Below, piece by piece: positions 27,446 through 37,309 of a stretch of DNA of 64,000 bases. Both the position numbers and the translations under genes were made by a program. Positions within the stretch are counted from its first letter, which is position 1, and each line of letters opens with the position of its first letter. The notes beneath the pieces are model-generated. The model was given only the letters and a program-made list of their open reading frames with translations. It ran no database searches and was not told where the DNA came from. The DNA lies in NCBI GenBank assembly GCA_004524445.1, contig SDNP01000011.1:4943-68942 (forward strand), written 5' to 3'. The DNA comes from Candidatus Thorarchaeota archaeon (GTDB lineage Archaea; Asgardarchaeota; Thorarchaeia; Thorarchaeales; Thorarchaeaceae).

Positions 27446-30400
27446 TTGATAGTCCGTAGGCGGTTCTTTGCCGTCACTATTATGGCTCTACTCTCGCTTT
27501 ATGCTGTGGGGAGTATAGCTAAAAGTTTCGTGAATACGGGACAATCTGAGAGTATTACGCCGAGTTCCGAATTCTTTGATGAAACTCGCTTACGAAAGGA
27601 AGATGATTCTTCTGATTCTTTGTCGAAATACTCATTGTCTGACTCTGCACTCACCGGCACTCTGGACCCTGTAGAAGTTGAACAATCTGGATTCATAGCG
27701 ACAGGAAGCACATTTGCAAGAACAGACAATAGTTTCAATACAAATACTACACTCGGGATTGATAGGGCAAATGGATGGTTGGCTAGCCAAGCAGAAGCAC
27801 AAGTGTGGGGTCTTGAGAGAAGGTACGCTATTAACGGGACATTTGACGATGGCATACCTGGAACGTACGCTATGGTAAATGAAACTCCTGTCTACTATCC
27901 GTATGGTTGGAGCCCGAGCTACACCACTACAAACACTGGCCAAGCACAAGTAGCCGGATACGATGATTCAGGATATGCAATCTTGGAAAATCAAGGAAAT
28001 AAGGAGGGCCCGAGTGGGAACAAGTATACACATTATGCTGGCACGAAGATTCTCTGGAATCAAGAAATCACCAATCAGCCCTACACAAAGAACTTCACAC
28101 TAAACCTGAGATATCTGTACTCAAGAGGCCCCTTGGGTTCAGGAGTTCCTGGAGATTGTTCACTATCAGTGTTTGTCAATGATTCAGTAGTCTGGAGTCA
28201 GGCACTCCCTGATGTCGCAGGAAGGGGAATATGGATAGAAACTGGTGAAATTCCAATCAATATAGCAGATGCAGGAAATACCCTAGAATTTGCAGTTGGT
28301 ATTGTGATAGATGAAACAATGGCTTTGAATGCCGAGGAGGATTATAACGGGGATGAAATGGCAGAGGGGATCTCAAATACAGTCTATGTCACCGTCAATA
28401 TCGATGAAATCTCCTTTGTGGGCCTAAATCCCCCCTCATTTGAAGAAGTTGATTTTAATTTTTCCGCGGGCAATCAAACCACTTCGGTCACAGGTGCGTC
28501 TGGCAATGGAACTGCACTCATTTCCAAGAGTGACTATTGGTCTGTCGAGCAGTTGGACATTGCCTTTACTTCTAATGTCAGCGTATCTTTCAATTATGAT
28601 GCCTATTTACTCGAGCACAGGTTCCTCAACTCCAGCTTCACAACTAACACACATCAATTTGGTGTGAAGTACAGCATCTCGCATAATCAAAGTGCAAACC
28701 TCGAGTTATTCACATATGTTGGAACACAAGGCGAGTTTTTGGAATTCAACGTAACGATCAGGTATCCTACAGATTGGGAAAATGCAACTATCTACTCCCC
28801 GTTCTCAATCGATGTGACGACACAATGTCAAATAACGGAGGGTGAAGTGCGTATTCCAACAAGCCTTCTGGAAGATTTGGGTTGGTGGGATGTGGAGCTT
28901 CAGTCGCCAAATTATGCAAAATCTCTCAAAACCCAGATATATGACGATTCGACAGGCTGGACGGATGCTGTACTATTTAGGCCAGGAAACACAACCAGAA
29001 CATCAGTAGAGATAGGTACAACAGTAGAAACACCATCCATCTCTAATCCTGTAAATCTAACATGGTATCTGCCTAATGGTACTATTTGGTGGGATGAATC
29101 GACTACATCCGGAACTGCGGGATCTTTGAATTCTAGTCCAGTAGCGTTCGGCCCGACCAATACGACAGCCGGACCATGGAGCATTGAGATAGTTTGGTCA
29201 AACGGAACAGAAGTGGCTTATTCTTCCATTTCGTTTGCACTATATCATCAAGCCACCTTGACCCCCGTTTATAGCTTAATCGAGGGCGACGTTGATGAAA
29301 CAATCACCAACGTTCTGCGATTTGAAGACATATATTCTGGAGATTATCTGATGGCCGATGATGCTAACGTAATCGGCAATTGGTCTGGCACTTGGGTAGA
29401 TTTCATCCCCAACGTTGTAAAGAATTGGTGGGAGGGAGATTTCGATACTACAATTGTTGGCGGCGGGAACTTTACCGTACTTGTAAATGCGTCAAAGCCA
29501 TTCTATGATGATACAAGTTGCTTGTTCCAAATCACTTCCATATATGCCACTGAAATGCAAACTGATGCTCCCTCTGATGTCCCAGCAGAAATCAATTTCA
29601 ATGAACACTATTTGGTCAATATATCGTACAATCTCTCAAATGGCACTGGCATTGTAGATGCGACGATTGGTGTTGATTATACCGGACCAACGGGTGGACT
29701 GGACATAGATTCTCCAGTTCCTCAAACAACAGGAGAATACCAGCTAGAAATAACAGGACGCCAAACAGGAACGTATGTCATATCAATCGAGGCGTCAAAG
29801 GATTTCCACCACAGTCAAACTGATTCATTCACCCTAGAGGTATTAGAGGCGCCTACCACGCTCACTCAATTGAATGGTACAGCGGATTCTGTCAGATATG
29901 GTCAGGATTACAGATATGTCGTCAAATATGAGAATTCATCAGGAATCGGTCTAGAGAGTGCAGATATTAGTATAAGTAGCATAGACCCCTCAGTGGGCCT
30001 TGGTTTCAGTCCCACATCTGAGATCGGCGGGGGTTACTACTCTATATTGTTTAGCCCAACAGATACCTCAACATTCACAATTGTAGTCAAAGCAAACTTA
30101 TCAAACCATCAGACTCGCTTTGTCACTTTTACACTAACGGTATCCACTGTGCCAACTACATTGGCTTTGAATGCTACAAGCGAAACAATCTCCATTCAAG
30201 AGGTATTCGTTTTAGGACTAACCTTCATGGATGATTCTGGAGCTGGCATTCCTGGTGCGACTATCACAGCCCAAAACCCACCGGCCGACCTTCATATTTC
30301 ATCGGCGACTGATTATGGTGATGGAAACTATTCGATAGTCATAGATCCATTCTATTTCGGGACCTATCTACTCACTTTCTCTGCGTCCAAAACAAACCAT

Positions 30401-33304
30401 CAAACTGCAGCAAACTCCTTTTCGCTGATTGTTGACTCTGTCGGAACATCTTTGCTTCGACCAAACGGAACTGCAGACTCAATTTCATTTGGCGAAGACT
30501 ACCACCTCTTTGTAAGATATGTCAATAGTTCTGGATACGGCATAGAGGGCGCCAGTATTTCGGTGGTAGATACATCTCCTGAAACAGGGCTTGCCATAGG
30601 GGCTACCCAGGACGAAGGCGATGGATTTTACTCGATTCTTCTCTCGCCTAGCTTAACAGATACCTATAATCTGGTGATTGAAGCTAATTACACCAATCAC
30701 AAAGTGCAATATGTTACCTTCACTCTAACCGTCAACGATATACCAACTTCATTATTCCTGAACATATCGAGTATAACCATCTCCGTAAATGATCAGCTCG
30801 TAGTTGGGCTTATATTTGAGGACGAGTCCGGGACAGGCGTTCCAGGGGCGGTCATCACTCCACAGAGTCCTCCATCTGAACTTTCATTCTCCGCCACCAC
30901 TGACTATGGTGATGGTAACTACTCATTGGTTATCAATCCGATTTATTTTGGAAATTACCTACTAACGTTTTCAGCATCTAAAGCAAATTATCTAACGGGA
31001 TATGACTCATTCTCACTAACCGTTGATGAAGTAAACACAGTTTTGTTGCGGCAAAACGGAACAGCGGATTCCATCAAGTTTGGTGAAACCTATAATCTTG
31101 TTGTGAGATACGAAAATAGCTCGGGATATGGTATAGAGGGCGCATCTATCTCAATCTCCAGCATATCACCCGAGGAAGGCTTAGAAATTGGAATCACAGA
31201 TGATCTCGGCGATGGCTACTACTCCATTCTGCTAACTCCCACAACCGCTGATACATATACACTTGTAGTCAAAGCAAATATTACAAATCATAAGGTTCAG
31301 TTCGCCACGTTTTCCCTAACTATTAGTGAAATCCCAACTAGTCTAACTCCCTCACCGTCGAGCGCAACAATTGCTGTTGATTTGATGCAGACGGTTCTAC
31401 TCACATTCGAGGATGAGGAATCCAATGAGATAGAAGGTGCTACGATAACTGTACTGAACCTTCCTGATGGCCTGACCGTTTCGCAAATCGAAGAGGTGGA
31501 TAATGGGGTCTACCGTGTCATTCTTGACCCCAATGATGTCGGCACCTATTCGCTATCACTAAGGGCGACTCTCGTCAACTATCAAAACTCGACAGTTGGG
31601 TTCAGCCTGACGGTAAGAGAGATTCCAACTGACTTGTTGTTCATGGGTGGTGGTTCAGCAGCATCCGTAAACTTCTCTGACCCCTACACGCTAGAGCTGA
31701 TTTATGCAAGAACAGACCTTGGGGAGAATGTAACTGGAGCGACCATCAATATCACAATAAGCCAAGCAAATGGACCAGATTTCACTCTCACAACTCTTGG
31801 TGAGCTATACGCGATAACATTTGATACTTCAATTACTGGTTCTTGGACCATCACTATCCAAGCCGGTAAAGAGAATCATGAGAAGAAGAGTCGTGAATTC
31901 CAGTTGGCCATCGAAGCTGTTGAAACTAGCATTACAGATATCACATTGCAGGATGAGCTACTCTACGACCATACGTATGTATTCGATTACTATTACCTCA
32001 TTGATTGGAATAACACGGGCATCGACCAAGCTCATGTGACAGTGTCCGGAATTGATGCTGATTGGGTAGAGGTAATACCCAAGGGAGACGGACTTTACAC
32101 CATTAGTCTGACACCAACAAGCCTAGGACGACACTCGGCAGCCTTTCTTTTTGATAAGCCAGGTTATGTCAAGCAAAGAACAACTCTTCGTTTTGATGTG
32201 GAACAGGTAACAATCGGTATCGAAATCCTTAGTGAGCTCTCAGGCAATGCCGAATCTACCAAGACGTTAGAGCTCAGAATATACGAAATTGATAGCGGAA
32301 ACGCAGTTTTGAATGCCACCGCAACGTATCTTGTTATAGGATCTGAGAGTGGTTTGCTGGAACAGGGATTATTTACTGAAATGGGAGATGGTATCTACCG
32401 CGCCACATTCGCGATGCCTCCGGCAGATGATGAGGGTTATAGCTTAGAAGTCACCGTCAATAAGCCAAATCATGTGTTGGGTGCTTCGTTTGGCACATAT
32501 TCATTGAATCCCTATCTTAGTCAGGACCAAGTCTTGAATCAAATCATTCGAACATATGTTATTCCGCCAGCGGTGTTGGTGGTAGGTCTTATAGTTGCTT
32601 ATGGGGGATATCTTATCTACAGGAGAAGGAGAAGGGATGAAATCATCAAGCAGAATATTATCAAGAATATATTCAAGGATGCACAGAATCTCCTTGGAGC
32701 CTTGATACTCCATAGGAAGAGCGGAGTTCCTCTATATTCACGCATTATTAAAGGAGGCTTGGATGAAACGGTTGTTTCTGCATTTATTACCGCCATAACC
32801 CAGTTCAAGGCAGAATTCGACTTGGAAACAATTGGTGATGAATATGATGTTACCCCCATCTCAGATTTGATACGAATTGTACCCACAAGGAATTTGATAT
32901 GCGCATTCATCGTATTGAGAGACCCCAGTGAGCGACAGAAGCAAATGATGAAGGAATTCGCTCGGCAAATTGGATTCATTTGGGATGACATATATCAAGA
33001 CACACCATCCGAAATTCTTGATGATGCATCCAAGCGTCAATTCGATGAGTTATTCGATAACCTGTTAGATGGATCATTATTGAAGACTCACAAAATTGTT
33101 GATGAAAATGAGTTGCCTAGGCGAATGAAGTGTGTGCAAGAGGGTCTGGATAGAATTGATGAGGATCAATTCGAATTGCATGACTTGGCACAAGAGATTA
33201 CAGCTTGTGGACTTGAAGAGGGAAAGGCCTACAGCGTAATCATGGACGCATTACAAAACAATGTGATAATAGAGAAAGACGATGGGTCCTCCTCCAGTGA
33301 GTAG
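27446..33304 (+). CDS. giant (1952 aa) type-I surface protein: signal peptide, N-terminal beta-rich region, Ig-like repeats, one TM helix, and a cytoplasmic longin/roadblock-like plus winged-helix-like tail
   Basis: The signal peptide is MIVRRRFFAVTIMALLSLYAVG. Sequons are very abundant. Two-domain units of 197 aa occur in tandem. The TM helix VIPPAVLVVGLIVAYGGYLIY is followed by RRRRRD (32558..32640), then a cytoplasmic tail of about 225 aa. Confidence 0.85.
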   Translation: MIVRRRFFAVTIMALLSLYAVGSIAKSFVNTGQSESITPSSEFFDETRLRKEDDSSDSLSKYSLSDSALTGTLDPVEVEQSGFIATGSTFARTDNSFNTNTTLGIDRANGWLASQAEAQVWGLERRYAINGTFDDGIPGTYAMVNETPVYYPYGWSPSYTTTNTGQAQVAGYDDSGYAILENQGNKEGPSGNKYTHYAGTKILWNQEITNQPYTKNFTLNLRYLYSRGPLGSGVPGDCSLSVFVNDSVVWSQALPDVAGRGIWIETGEIPINIADAGNTLEFAVGIVIDETMALNAEEDYNGDEMAEGISNTVYVTVNIDEISFVGLNPPSFEEVDFNFSAGNQTTSVTGASGNGTALISKSDYWSVEQLDIAFTSNVSVSFNYDAYLLEHRFLNSSFTTNTHQFGVKYSISHNQSANLELFTYVGTQGEFLEFNVTIRYPTDWENATIYSPFSIDVTTQCQITEGEVRIPTSLLEDLGWWDVELQSPNYAKSLKTQIYDDSTGWTDAVLFRPGNTTRTSVEIGTTVETPSISNPVNLTWYLPNGTIWWDESTTSGTAGSLNSSPVAFGPTNTTAGPWSIEIVWSNGTEVAYSSISFALYHQATLTPVYSLIEGDVDETITNVLRFEDIYSGDYLMADDANVIGNWSGTWVDFIPNVVKNWWEGDFDTTIVGGGNFTVLVNASKPFYDDTSCLFQITSIYATEMQTDAPSDVPAEINFNEHYLVNISYNLSNGTGIVDATIGVDYTGPTGGLDIDSPVPQTTGEYQLEITGRQTGTYVISIEASKDFHHSQTDSFTLEVLEAPTTLTQLNGTADSVRYGQDYRYVVKYENSSGIGLESADISISSIDPSVGLGFSPTSEIGGGYYSILFSPTDTSTFTIVVKANLSNHQTRFVTFTLTVSTVPTTLALNATSETISIQEVFVLGLTFMDDSGAGIPGATITAQNPPADLHISSATDYGDGNYSIVIDPFYFGTYLLTFSASKTNHQTAANSFSLIVDSVGTSLLRPNGTADSISFGEDYHLFVRYVNSSGYGIEGASISVVDTSPETGLAIGATQDEGDGFYSILLSPSLTDTYNLVIEANYTNHKVQYVTFTLTVNDIPTSLFLNISSITISVNDQLVVGLIFEDESGTGVPGAVITPQSPPSELSFSATTDYGDGNYSLVINPIYFGNYLLTFSASKANYLTGYDSFSLTVDEVNTVLLRQNGTADSIKFGETYNLVVRYENSSGYGIEGASISISSISPEEGLEIGITDDLGDGYYSILLTPTTADTYTLVVKANITNHKVQFATFSLTISEIPTSLTPSPSSATIAVDLMQTVLLTFEDEESNEIEGATITVLNLPDGLTVSQIEEVDNGVYRVILDPNDVGTYSLSLRATLVNYQNSTVGFSLTVREIPTDLLFMGGGSAASVNFSDPYTLELIYARTDLGENVTGATINITISQANGPDFTLTTLGELYAITFDTSITGSWTITIQAGKENHEKKSREFQLAIEAVETSITDITLQDELLYDHTYVFDYYYLIDWNNTGIDQAHVTVSGIDADWVEVIPKGDGLYTISLTPTSLGRHSAAFLFDKPGYVKQRTTLRFDVEQVTIGIEILSELSGNAESTKTLELRIYEIDSGNAVLNATATYLVIGSESGLLEQGLFTEMGDGIYRATFAMPPADDEGYSLEVTVNKPNHVLGASFGTYSLNPYLSQDQVLNQIIRTYVIPPAVLVVGLIVAYGGYLIYRRRRRDEIIKQNIIKNIFKDAQNLLGALILHRKSGVPLYSRIIKGGLDETVVSAFITAITQFKAEFDLETIGDEYDVTPISDLIRIVPTRNLICAFIVLRDPSERQKQMMKEFARQIGFIWDDIYQDTPSEILDDASKRQFDELFDNLLDGSLLKTHKIVDENELPRRMKCVQEGLDRIDEDQFELHDLAQEITACGLEEGKAYSVIMDALQNNVIIEKDDGSSSSE
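29845..31617 (+). repeat. three in-frame tandem copies of a 591-nt (197-aa, two Ig-like domains) coding unit
   Basis: The N codon of the (L/P/Q)-NGTADS motif sits at 29873, 30464 and 31055. That is an exact 591-nt period, and the protein units are clearly alignable. Confidence 0.85.
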
Positions 33305-33336
33305 GACGTAACATACTCCACACAGGAATGGTTCTA

Positions 33337-33591
33337 CTCCGCCCATTGAGTTTTTGAGAATTCTATTGCATCTGTGACTCCCTGTGTGAAATCCTCAGAC
33401 TCGCATTCCAAGGTGTACATCACGAATCCGTCATAAGCAAAGAAATGCATTCATCGTACGTGATAGACTATATCTGGTTGCGCAATCTGGATGAGGTCAA
33501 GGAACTCTCTTTTTCTGAGTTTTACGCGATAAGAACTGGTATGTGCCATTGCAGCTGCTGTTACTCCTGCACCACCTCCTGAATACGCCAT
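33337..33591 (-). other. small ORF (46 aa) continued in frame after a single TGA by a further 38 aa
   Basis: GGTGA lies 9 nt before the ATG at 33591. Hand translation gives MAYSGGGAGVTAAAMAHTSSYRVKLRKREFLDLIQIAQPDIVYHVR-TGA-MHFFAYDGFVMYTLECESEDFTQGVTDAIEFSKTQWAE-TAG. Confidence 0.3.
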
Positions 33592-33744
33592 GTTCTGGGT
33601 TCACCTTCTGAATGAGGTTGCGTTTCGATAGACAATAATTGCTGTCAGCGTAAAGTGGCAATTAACGAATTAGGTGTGGGATTATGGTGGGGGTTATCCT
33701 AAAATCTAAATTCCCCTGAAATAAGGTGATAGTGAGGAAAGGAT

Positions 33745-34809
33745 TTGGTCAGCAAAAAACAACTCGATACTCTTGATGCCCGCATGATCCATGATGCGCT
33801 TTTACAGCAACAAGAAGATCGCGGCATCAGATGTCTCACCTGCAGTCATCGTTGTGTAATTCCCGAGGGTAAAACTGGAATCTGTGATACCCGTGCAAAT
33901 ATCGATGGTACAATCAAGACCTTAGTTCATGGAAACATATCTTCTCTGAGCAGTAATCCTGTTGAAAAGAAACCTTTCTTTCACTTTGCACCAGGTACGA
34001 CAGCGTTTACCGTGGGAAGCTGGGGGTGCAACGCATCTTGTGAGTTCTGCCAGAATTACTCAATATCCCGTGCTTCACCCGTTTCCAAGTCATCACGCTA
34101 CCTGAGTCCAGAGGGGTTCATAGATGCAGCTCAACAGGAAGGAGCGGAGGGTATCTCCGTTTCATTCAATGAAGCGGCAACCCTTATGCTGGAGTGGAAT
34201 ATGGAGGCCTTCAAAATCGCACATGAAAGAGGGTTGTATAACACCATAGTATCCAATGGTTACATGACAACACAGGCACTTGATGCGTTGATTGATACGG
34301 GTCTAGATGCTGCAAATGTGGATATGAAAGGATGTGGACCCGCAGTCAGAGAGATATGTGGCATCACAACCGAACCAGTTTGGGAAAATATCATCCACAT
34401 GAAGGAAAGAGGAGTGCATACAGAAGTCACTACACTGGTTGTGCCTGGACTCAGCAATGATGAGGAATGCTTGGAGAGTATTGCGTCACGTATCAAAGAT
34501 GATGTTGGCAAGGAAACACCATGGCATTTGAGCAAATATTTTCCTACGTATAAATACGATGAACCGCCAACCCAACTTAGCACTCTGCTAGCAGCTCGGA
34601 ACAACGGACGAGATATCGGGCTGGAACACGTCTATATTGGAAATGTTAGGGAACCAGGTCTCGAAGACACAATCTGTCCCAGTTGTGGAAAAATCTGTTA
34701 TGAAAGAAGAGGGTATCTCTCAAGAAACACCGGAACGGATCAATCTGGACAGTGTGACAAATGTGGCTATGACCTTGGTATTAAATTCTGGCCGTCCGAA
34801 GAAGAATGA
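33745..34809 (+). CDS. AmmeMemoRadiSam system radical SAM enzyme
   Basis: CLTCSHRCVIPEGKTGICDTRAN and the radical-SAM cluster motif GCNASCEFCQN are present. There is also a C-terminal CPSCG...CDKCG. Confidence 0.9.
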   Translation: MVSKKQLDTLDARMIHDALLQQQEDRGIRCLTCSHRCVIPEGKTGICDTRANIDGTIKTLVHGNISSLSSNPVEKKPFFHFAPGTTAFTVGSWGCNASCEFCQNYSISRASPVSKSSRYLSPEGFIDAAQQEGAEGISVSFNEAATLMLEWNMEAFKIAHERGLYNTIVSNGYMTTQALDALIDTGLDAANVDMKGCGPAVREICGITTEPVWENIIHMKERGVHTEVTTLVVPGLSNDEECLESIASRIKDDVGKETPWHLSKYFPTYKYDEPPTQLSTLLAARNNGRDIGLEHVYIGNVREPGLEDTICPSCGKICYERRGYLSRNTGTDQSGQCDKCGYDLGIKFWPSEEE

Positions 34810-34832
34810 AGCCGTAAGAATGGTGTCGAGTA

Positions 34833-35444
34833 ATGTGGTTCATCATATCGTTAATTGGTGCTCTAGTTCTCATGCCGTTGCATTTCATCTCGGTTGAGCA
34901 TCAGAAGCTTGAGAAGCGATTTGGAGAACATAGGGGCCGAAGATTGGGAAATATTATGGGAATCATATCAGGATGGGGGTACTTCATATTTCTCTCTGGT
35001 CTATGGTTATCTCCTCAACCGAGGTTATTCCTGCCAATGGAAGTAATAGGCAGATTCTCAATTCCCATAGTTGGCATAGAAACCTCATTGGTCAGTATTA
35101 TTCTTGGTTTCCTATTTCTGTTGCCCGGTGCATGGCTTGGGTTGCGTGGCGTCATAGATCTAGGGCTGTATGTGTCAGAAACCCACAGACCAGAGAAACT
35201 TGTCACAACAGGGATATATCAGAAAATAAGGCATCCACAATATCTGGGTGCAATTCTCTCTCATATAGGGATTAGTATAATGCTCTCATCCTTATACTCC
35301 ATTCTAGTGACACCTGCTCTCATGATTCGAGACTTTCTCATATGTAAGAAGGAAGATAGTGAGCTGGCTAAAGAGTTCGGGACGGAATATGAGGACTATC
35401 AAGACAAAGTCCCCATGTTTCTCCCGAACAAGAGCTCAGAGTAG
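34833..35444 (+). CDS. isoprenylcysteine carboxyl / phospholipid methyltransferase family membrane protein
   Basis: LVTTGIYQKIRHPQYLG ... EDSELAKEFGTEYEDYQDKVPMFLP is present. Confidence 0.8.
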   Translation: MWFIISLIGALVLMPLHFISVEHQKLEKRFGEHRGRRLGNIMGIISGWGYFIFLSGLWLSPQPRLFLPMEVIGRFSIPIVGIETSLVSIILGFLFLLPGAWLGLRGVIDLGLYVSETHRPEKLVTTGIYQKIRHPQYLGAILSHIGISIMLSSLYSILVTPALMIRDFLICKKEDSELAKEFGTEYEDYQDKVPMFLPNKSSE

Positions 35445-35479
35445 CACAAACCTGGATGCCTATTGGCAGCCATTATAGG

Positions 35480-35845
35480 CTAGTCTATGCCAATTTTGGA
35501 CGCCACTTTTACCAACACAAATGCAACAAATGCGATTATGATGAAAGTGACTAACTCACCAGCGAATGCACCAACTCCGAATGGCCCAATGGCAATCGCT
35601 TGCCAATCAACCTCGGGAAGTACGAGTTCAACTATTGGCATGACAATGTGGTCAACCAAAGCGCTAACGACATTTCCTAAGTAAATTGCAAGGATGAAAG
35701 CTACAGCAAGCCCAAGAACCTTGTACTTCTTCAGAAATGTCACAAATTCGTCTACGAAGTTGTCAGGGGGTTCTGGAGGAGGTGCGGGAGTGAGGAGTTT
35801 CCGTATTTCTCTCAATTCTTCTAAAATCTGGTCGTCTGTTGCCAT
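35480..35845 (-). CDS. mscL: MscL-like large-conductance mechanosensitive channel
   Basis: FVDEFVTFLKKYKVLGLAVAFILAIYLGNVVSALVDHIVMPIV is present, followed by a second TM segment. Confidence 0.6.
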   Translation of the reverse strand: MATDDQILEELREIRKLLTPAPPPEPPDNFVDEFVTFLKKYKVLGLAVAFILAIYLGNVVSALVDHIVMPIVELVLPEVDWQAIAIGPFGVGAFAGELVTFIIIAFVAFVLVKVASKIGID

Positions 35846-35922
35846 GACATTCCACCGCGAATACTAGGGAAACATAATGGGTATTAACTTAGATATAGTT
35901 CTTCTGCACAAAAAACATCTGT

Positions 35923-36213
35923 CTAGAGGAGATACTGTATAGGCAACAGCCCGATGATAGCTAGAATAGTCCCGAATAGAAGATGTTTTCTGTTTCCTGT
36001 CTTCCTTCCCCATCTTAGAAGCGCGCCACCTACACCGATGCATAATGAAAGAGTGGCATAGAGCCATACCAATCTAACCAGCGGAATGCCATACAGAATA
36101 AAACGTAGAAAGATGCCTAGAAGCGTATAGATTGAAACATCTCTCACAATCATGTCTTCGATCTCGGGCATTCTTAACAGCACACTCATTTGTTTTGCCT
36201 TAGTAGTAGTCAA
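35923..36213 (-). CDS. small membrane protein, hypothetical
   Basis: This is a 96-aa ORF with three hydrophobic segments. Confidence 0.3.
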   Translation of the reverse strand: MTTTKAKQMSVLLRMPEIEDMIVRDVSIYTLLGIFLRFILYGIPLVRLVWLYATLSLCIGVGGALLRWGRKTGNRKHLLFGTILAIIGLLPIQYLL

Positions 36214-36265
36214 AAGGATTGCCTTGTAACACCAATATAGTTGTCGTTTTTTAATAGAAACAAAG

Positions 36266-36284
36266 GAGGGCCAGCGAGGCCCTC
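36266..36284 (-). terminator. 7-bp perfect hairpin (gagggcc-agcga-ggccctc) just downstream of the 36302..37129 gene
   Basis: The inverted repeat was read directly. T-rich sequence follows on the minus strand. Confidence 0.3.
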
Positions 36285-36301
36285 ATGTTGCATGACCAGA
36301 A

Positions 36302-37129
36302 CTACTGACTCGTTCGCATCAGATAGTAATCGATTATACTCTCTTTCTTGATAATTGGAATGGCAAGTATTGCAATCAATACTAGGACTGCTGTGGCAAT
36401 GGCAGTGTAGCTGATCAACGCAATTGCAGCCTGTTTAATGGCAATTCCAACACTTGCCCAAATCACAACCAGACCATATGCAAAATCGTGCCGTAAGAAT
36501 ATCATCGATAGTGTAATGACCAATGCAATGATGATGACTGCAACCGTCCATAGTTCCTGAATCATTTGAGGAATTCCAGGAATCAAGACATTGAGTACGG
36601 ATGCGGTGCTGGCAATAGTGGCAAGCGAAATCCATCCAACATAGACGCTGACTGGCAAATGCACTGCTAGCTTCACACCAAGGGGAACCTCCGTTTCACC
36701 AATGCCAAGTCGCACATAGGTGAATAGAAGTGTAACCAGTAGGAGGACTATTGGCAACTCGGATAATACAAATAATGTTGGGTTACCAAACGAATAGTGG
36801 AATACTATCAGCCAAGAAATATTGAAAATTGCACCCACCAAATATAGGAAACTGATATCCTGAAGATACTCTTTTCCTCGTTCACTAGGTCTAACCTGGT
36901 AGATTGCGAAAGTAGCTAGAAGGATGTAGATAACTCCCCAAATCGCAAATACATAACCAGGGGGTGTGAATAGATTAGGATAAGAGTCTGCTACTTGACC
37001 AGTATTGACCCCGTTGAGAGGTAAAATGTTGGCCAGTGAATTGAAAACTATGGTTCCAAATATTGACACAATGTTAATAATCTGAAGGACCAGAGGGTTC
37101 GTTCTTGAAGACATGGAATCATTAACCAT
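36302..37129 (-). CDS. TspO/MBR-related polytopic membrane protein
   Basis: LPLNGVNTGQVADSYPNLFTPPGYVFAIWGVIYILL resembles the TspO-related family motif as I remember it. About 8 TM segments are predicted. Confidence 0.5.
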   Translation of the reverse strand: MVNDSMSSRTNPLVLQIINIVSIFGTIVFNSLANILPLNGVNTGQVADSYPNLFTPPGYVFAIWGVIYILLATFAIYQVRPSERGKEYLQDISFLYLVGAIFNISWLIVFHYSFGNPTLFVLSELPIVLLLVTLLFTYVRLGIGETEVPLGVKLAVHLPVSVYVGWISLATIASTASVLNVLIPGIPQMIQELWTVAVIIIALVITLSMIFLRHDFAYGLVVIWASVGIAIKQAAIALISYTAIATAVLVLIAILAIPIIKKESIIDYYLMRTSQ

Positions 37130-37309
37130 GGTTAATGCATAAAAGGGTAACGCTTGAATTCCTCATTTCTAAGAGTAAGCAAAAATTCTCGTGCATTCGC
37201 CTCAATCATGCTAGGAAGTAAATAATCTTCATGATGACAGAATAAAGGATAAAACATGCGCTCCTTTAAGAAGTGATAAGATTCTAAGATAAAACGGAGC
37301 AAGTGTGGC

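Noticed and set aside
29845-31617. I considered whether the regular 591-nt periodic repeats could be a CRISPR-like or other non-coding array.
   Set aside because: The period is far too long for CRISPR and has no repeat/spacer structure. The copies are in frame inside one long ORF and align at the protein level as Ig-like domains.
33451-33453. I considered reading the in-frame TGA as selenocysteine.
   Set aside because: The local context (HVR-TGA-MHF) is not a redox motif. I saw no SECIS-like hairpin nearby, and no Sec machinery is in the window. I kept it only as a split-ORF observation.
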